A stretch of DNA of 64,000 bases from Squalus acanthias (lineage: Eukaryota), in contig CM059427.1 in assembly GCA_030390025.1 (NCBI GenBank), positions 152,024,001-152,088,000 of the forward strand. The letters run 5' to 3'. Below are positions 62,372-64,000 of this stretch, piece after piece. Each line of letters begins with the position of its first letter. Position 1 is the first letter of the stretch. The notes under the pieces were generated by a model. The model saw only the letters and a list, made by a program, of their open reading frames with translations, did not search any database and had not been told where the DNA came from. The position numbers and the translations under genes were made by a program.

Positions 62372-62822
62372 GTTTGACAAAACTAGTCTAAAATTTAATC
62401 AGATATTTTCTTTGCTCTTAAAATGTTTTGCCTACTAAAAGGAAATGCTAAGTTCTATTTTCTTTTGATAAACACTTTTGTCAGGATGCATTTGGGTGGC
62501 TCCAAGTGTTGTCTTTTGTCCTTTTTCAATTTTCAGCCATAGATACTTCATATTGGTCCATAACAAATTTTAACAACTGGACGATAACACTTGCAGCAGC
62601 CTTGAATACTGTTGGCTTTGTTGACTGGTGACTACTGCATCACTAATGTTTGCCTTATTGGTTTAAACTACTGTAGTATGTGACAACTTTAAAGTGGATT
62701 TTCTGTAAATTTCATGAACTTGCAAATAACATTGACTTCATTATTTATGCATACAATTGATTCTTTAAAATAATAGTGCAAACACATTGGTAACTCTAAT
62801 TTATTTGTGTTGCTCTTTTTAG

Positions 62823-62979
62823 GTCATAAATGCTGCATTGGCCCTGGCTGCTAAACCTCAGAGTAAAGTGGCTCAGGACAACATGGATCTCTTCAAAGAA
62901 CTATGGGAGAAACAAGTGCGCGTGCTGACGGATGCTGTGGATGACATTACTTCCATTGATGACTTCCTATGTGTTTCAG
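62823..62979 (+). CDS. CTNNA1: CTNNA1 coding exon equivalent to human exon 11 (157 nt)
   Basis: TAG acceptor; VINAALALAAKPQSKVAQDNMDLFKELWEKQVRVLTDAVDDITSIDDFLCVS+G; GTATTT donor. Confidence 0.97.
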
Positions 62980-63056
62980 GTATTTCTGTTGTAATAAAGC
63001 AGTTTAATGTAGTTATGGAACATCCTTGCCAGCTGATTCCAAATAAAACCAGGATT

Positions 63057-64000
63057 AACATAGAAACATAGAAAATAGGTACAGGAGTAGACCATTCGGT
63101 CCTTCGAGCCTGCACCGCCATTCAATGTGTTCATGGCTGAACATGCTACCTCAGTACCCCATTCCTGCTTTCTCGCCATACCCCTTGATCCCCCTAGTTG
63201 TGAGTGTTATATCTAACTCCCTTTTGAATATATTTAGCGAACTGGCCTCAACAAGCTTCTGTGGAAGAGAATTCCATAGATTCACCACTCTCTGGGTGAA
63301 GAAGTTCCTCCTCAGCTCAGTCTTAAATGGCTTCCCCTTAATCCTTAGACTGTGACCCCTGGTTCTAGTTTTCCCTAACATTGGGAACATTCTGCCCGCA
63401 TCTAATTTGTCTAAACCAGTCAGGATTTTAAATGTCTCTCTAAGATCCCCCCTCATTCTTCTGAACTCCAGAGGATACAAGTTCAGTTGACCCAATCTTT
63501 CTTGATATGTCAGTCCGGCCATCCCAGGAATCAATCTAGTGAACCTTCGCTGCACTCCCTCAATAGCAAGAATGTCCTTCCTTAAGTTAGGAGACCAAAA
63601 CTGCGCACAATACTCCAGGTGTGGCCTCACCAAGGCCCTGTACAACTGCAGCATCACCTCCCTACTCCTGTACTCAAATCCCCTTACTATGAAGGCCATC
63701 ATTCCGTTTGCTTTCTTGACTGCCTGCTGCACTTGCATTCCCACCTTCAGTGACTGATGTACCATGACGCCCAGGTCTCGTTGCACCTCCCCTTTCCCTA
63801 ATCTGCCACCATTCAGGTAATAGTCCGCCTCTCTATTTTTACCACCAAAGTGGATAACCTCACATTTATCCACATTGTACTTCATCTGCCATACATTTGC
63901 CCATTCACCCAATCTGTCCAAGTCACTCTGTAGCCTCCTAGCATCCTCCTCATTGTTCACACTGCCTCCCAATTTAGTGTCATCCGCAAATTTGGAGATA
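63057..64000 (-). mobile_element. Young CR1 LINE 3' end with an uninterrupted RT C-terminal frame, running off the window
   Basis: Open frame from the window edge (ISKFADDTKLGG) to the stop at 63151; (TTTCTATG)n tail at 63057-63074. Confidence 0.93.

Noticed and set aside
1-64000. CRISPR arrays, operons, retron or other prokaryotic RT systems
   Set aside because: The sequence is vertebrate intron/exon DNA. All RT fragments belong to non-LTR retrotransposons, and no repeat-spacer array is present.

Overview
This is vertebrate genomic DNA, not prokaryotic. The repeat content (HE1-type V-SINE, CR1/L2 LINEs, Penelope-like elements) points to a cartilaginous fish, probably a shark. The window holds five + strand coding exons of alpha-E-catenin (CTNNA1), equivalent to human exons 7-11 (204, 81, 153, 93 and 157 nt, all with GT-AG borders). 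The complete neuronal gene LRRTM2 is nested antisense in the 45.4-kb intron 7: a 4-nt coding exon 1, a 278-nt intron and a large exon 2, giving 518 aa ending in ECEV. The rest is intronic and rich in decayed, often nested retroelements and DNA-transposon MITEs. Nearly all other ORFs in the track are LINE fragments or spurious, and the track uses non-ATG starts. The main candidates for a second look are: a single-ORF CR1-group LINE with a tRNA-like (Pol III-type) head and few T4 runs, plus its head+tail SINE derivative; an intact minimal hammerhead ribozyme in a Penelope-like element; a compact three-way-junction RNA structure in the LRRTM2 3' UTR; inverted CR1 copies around the symmetric exon 7; a candidate ATG-only alternative first exon for truncated CTNNA1; and several ancient SINE lineages. 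Family names rest on recalled consensus sequences, not database searches.
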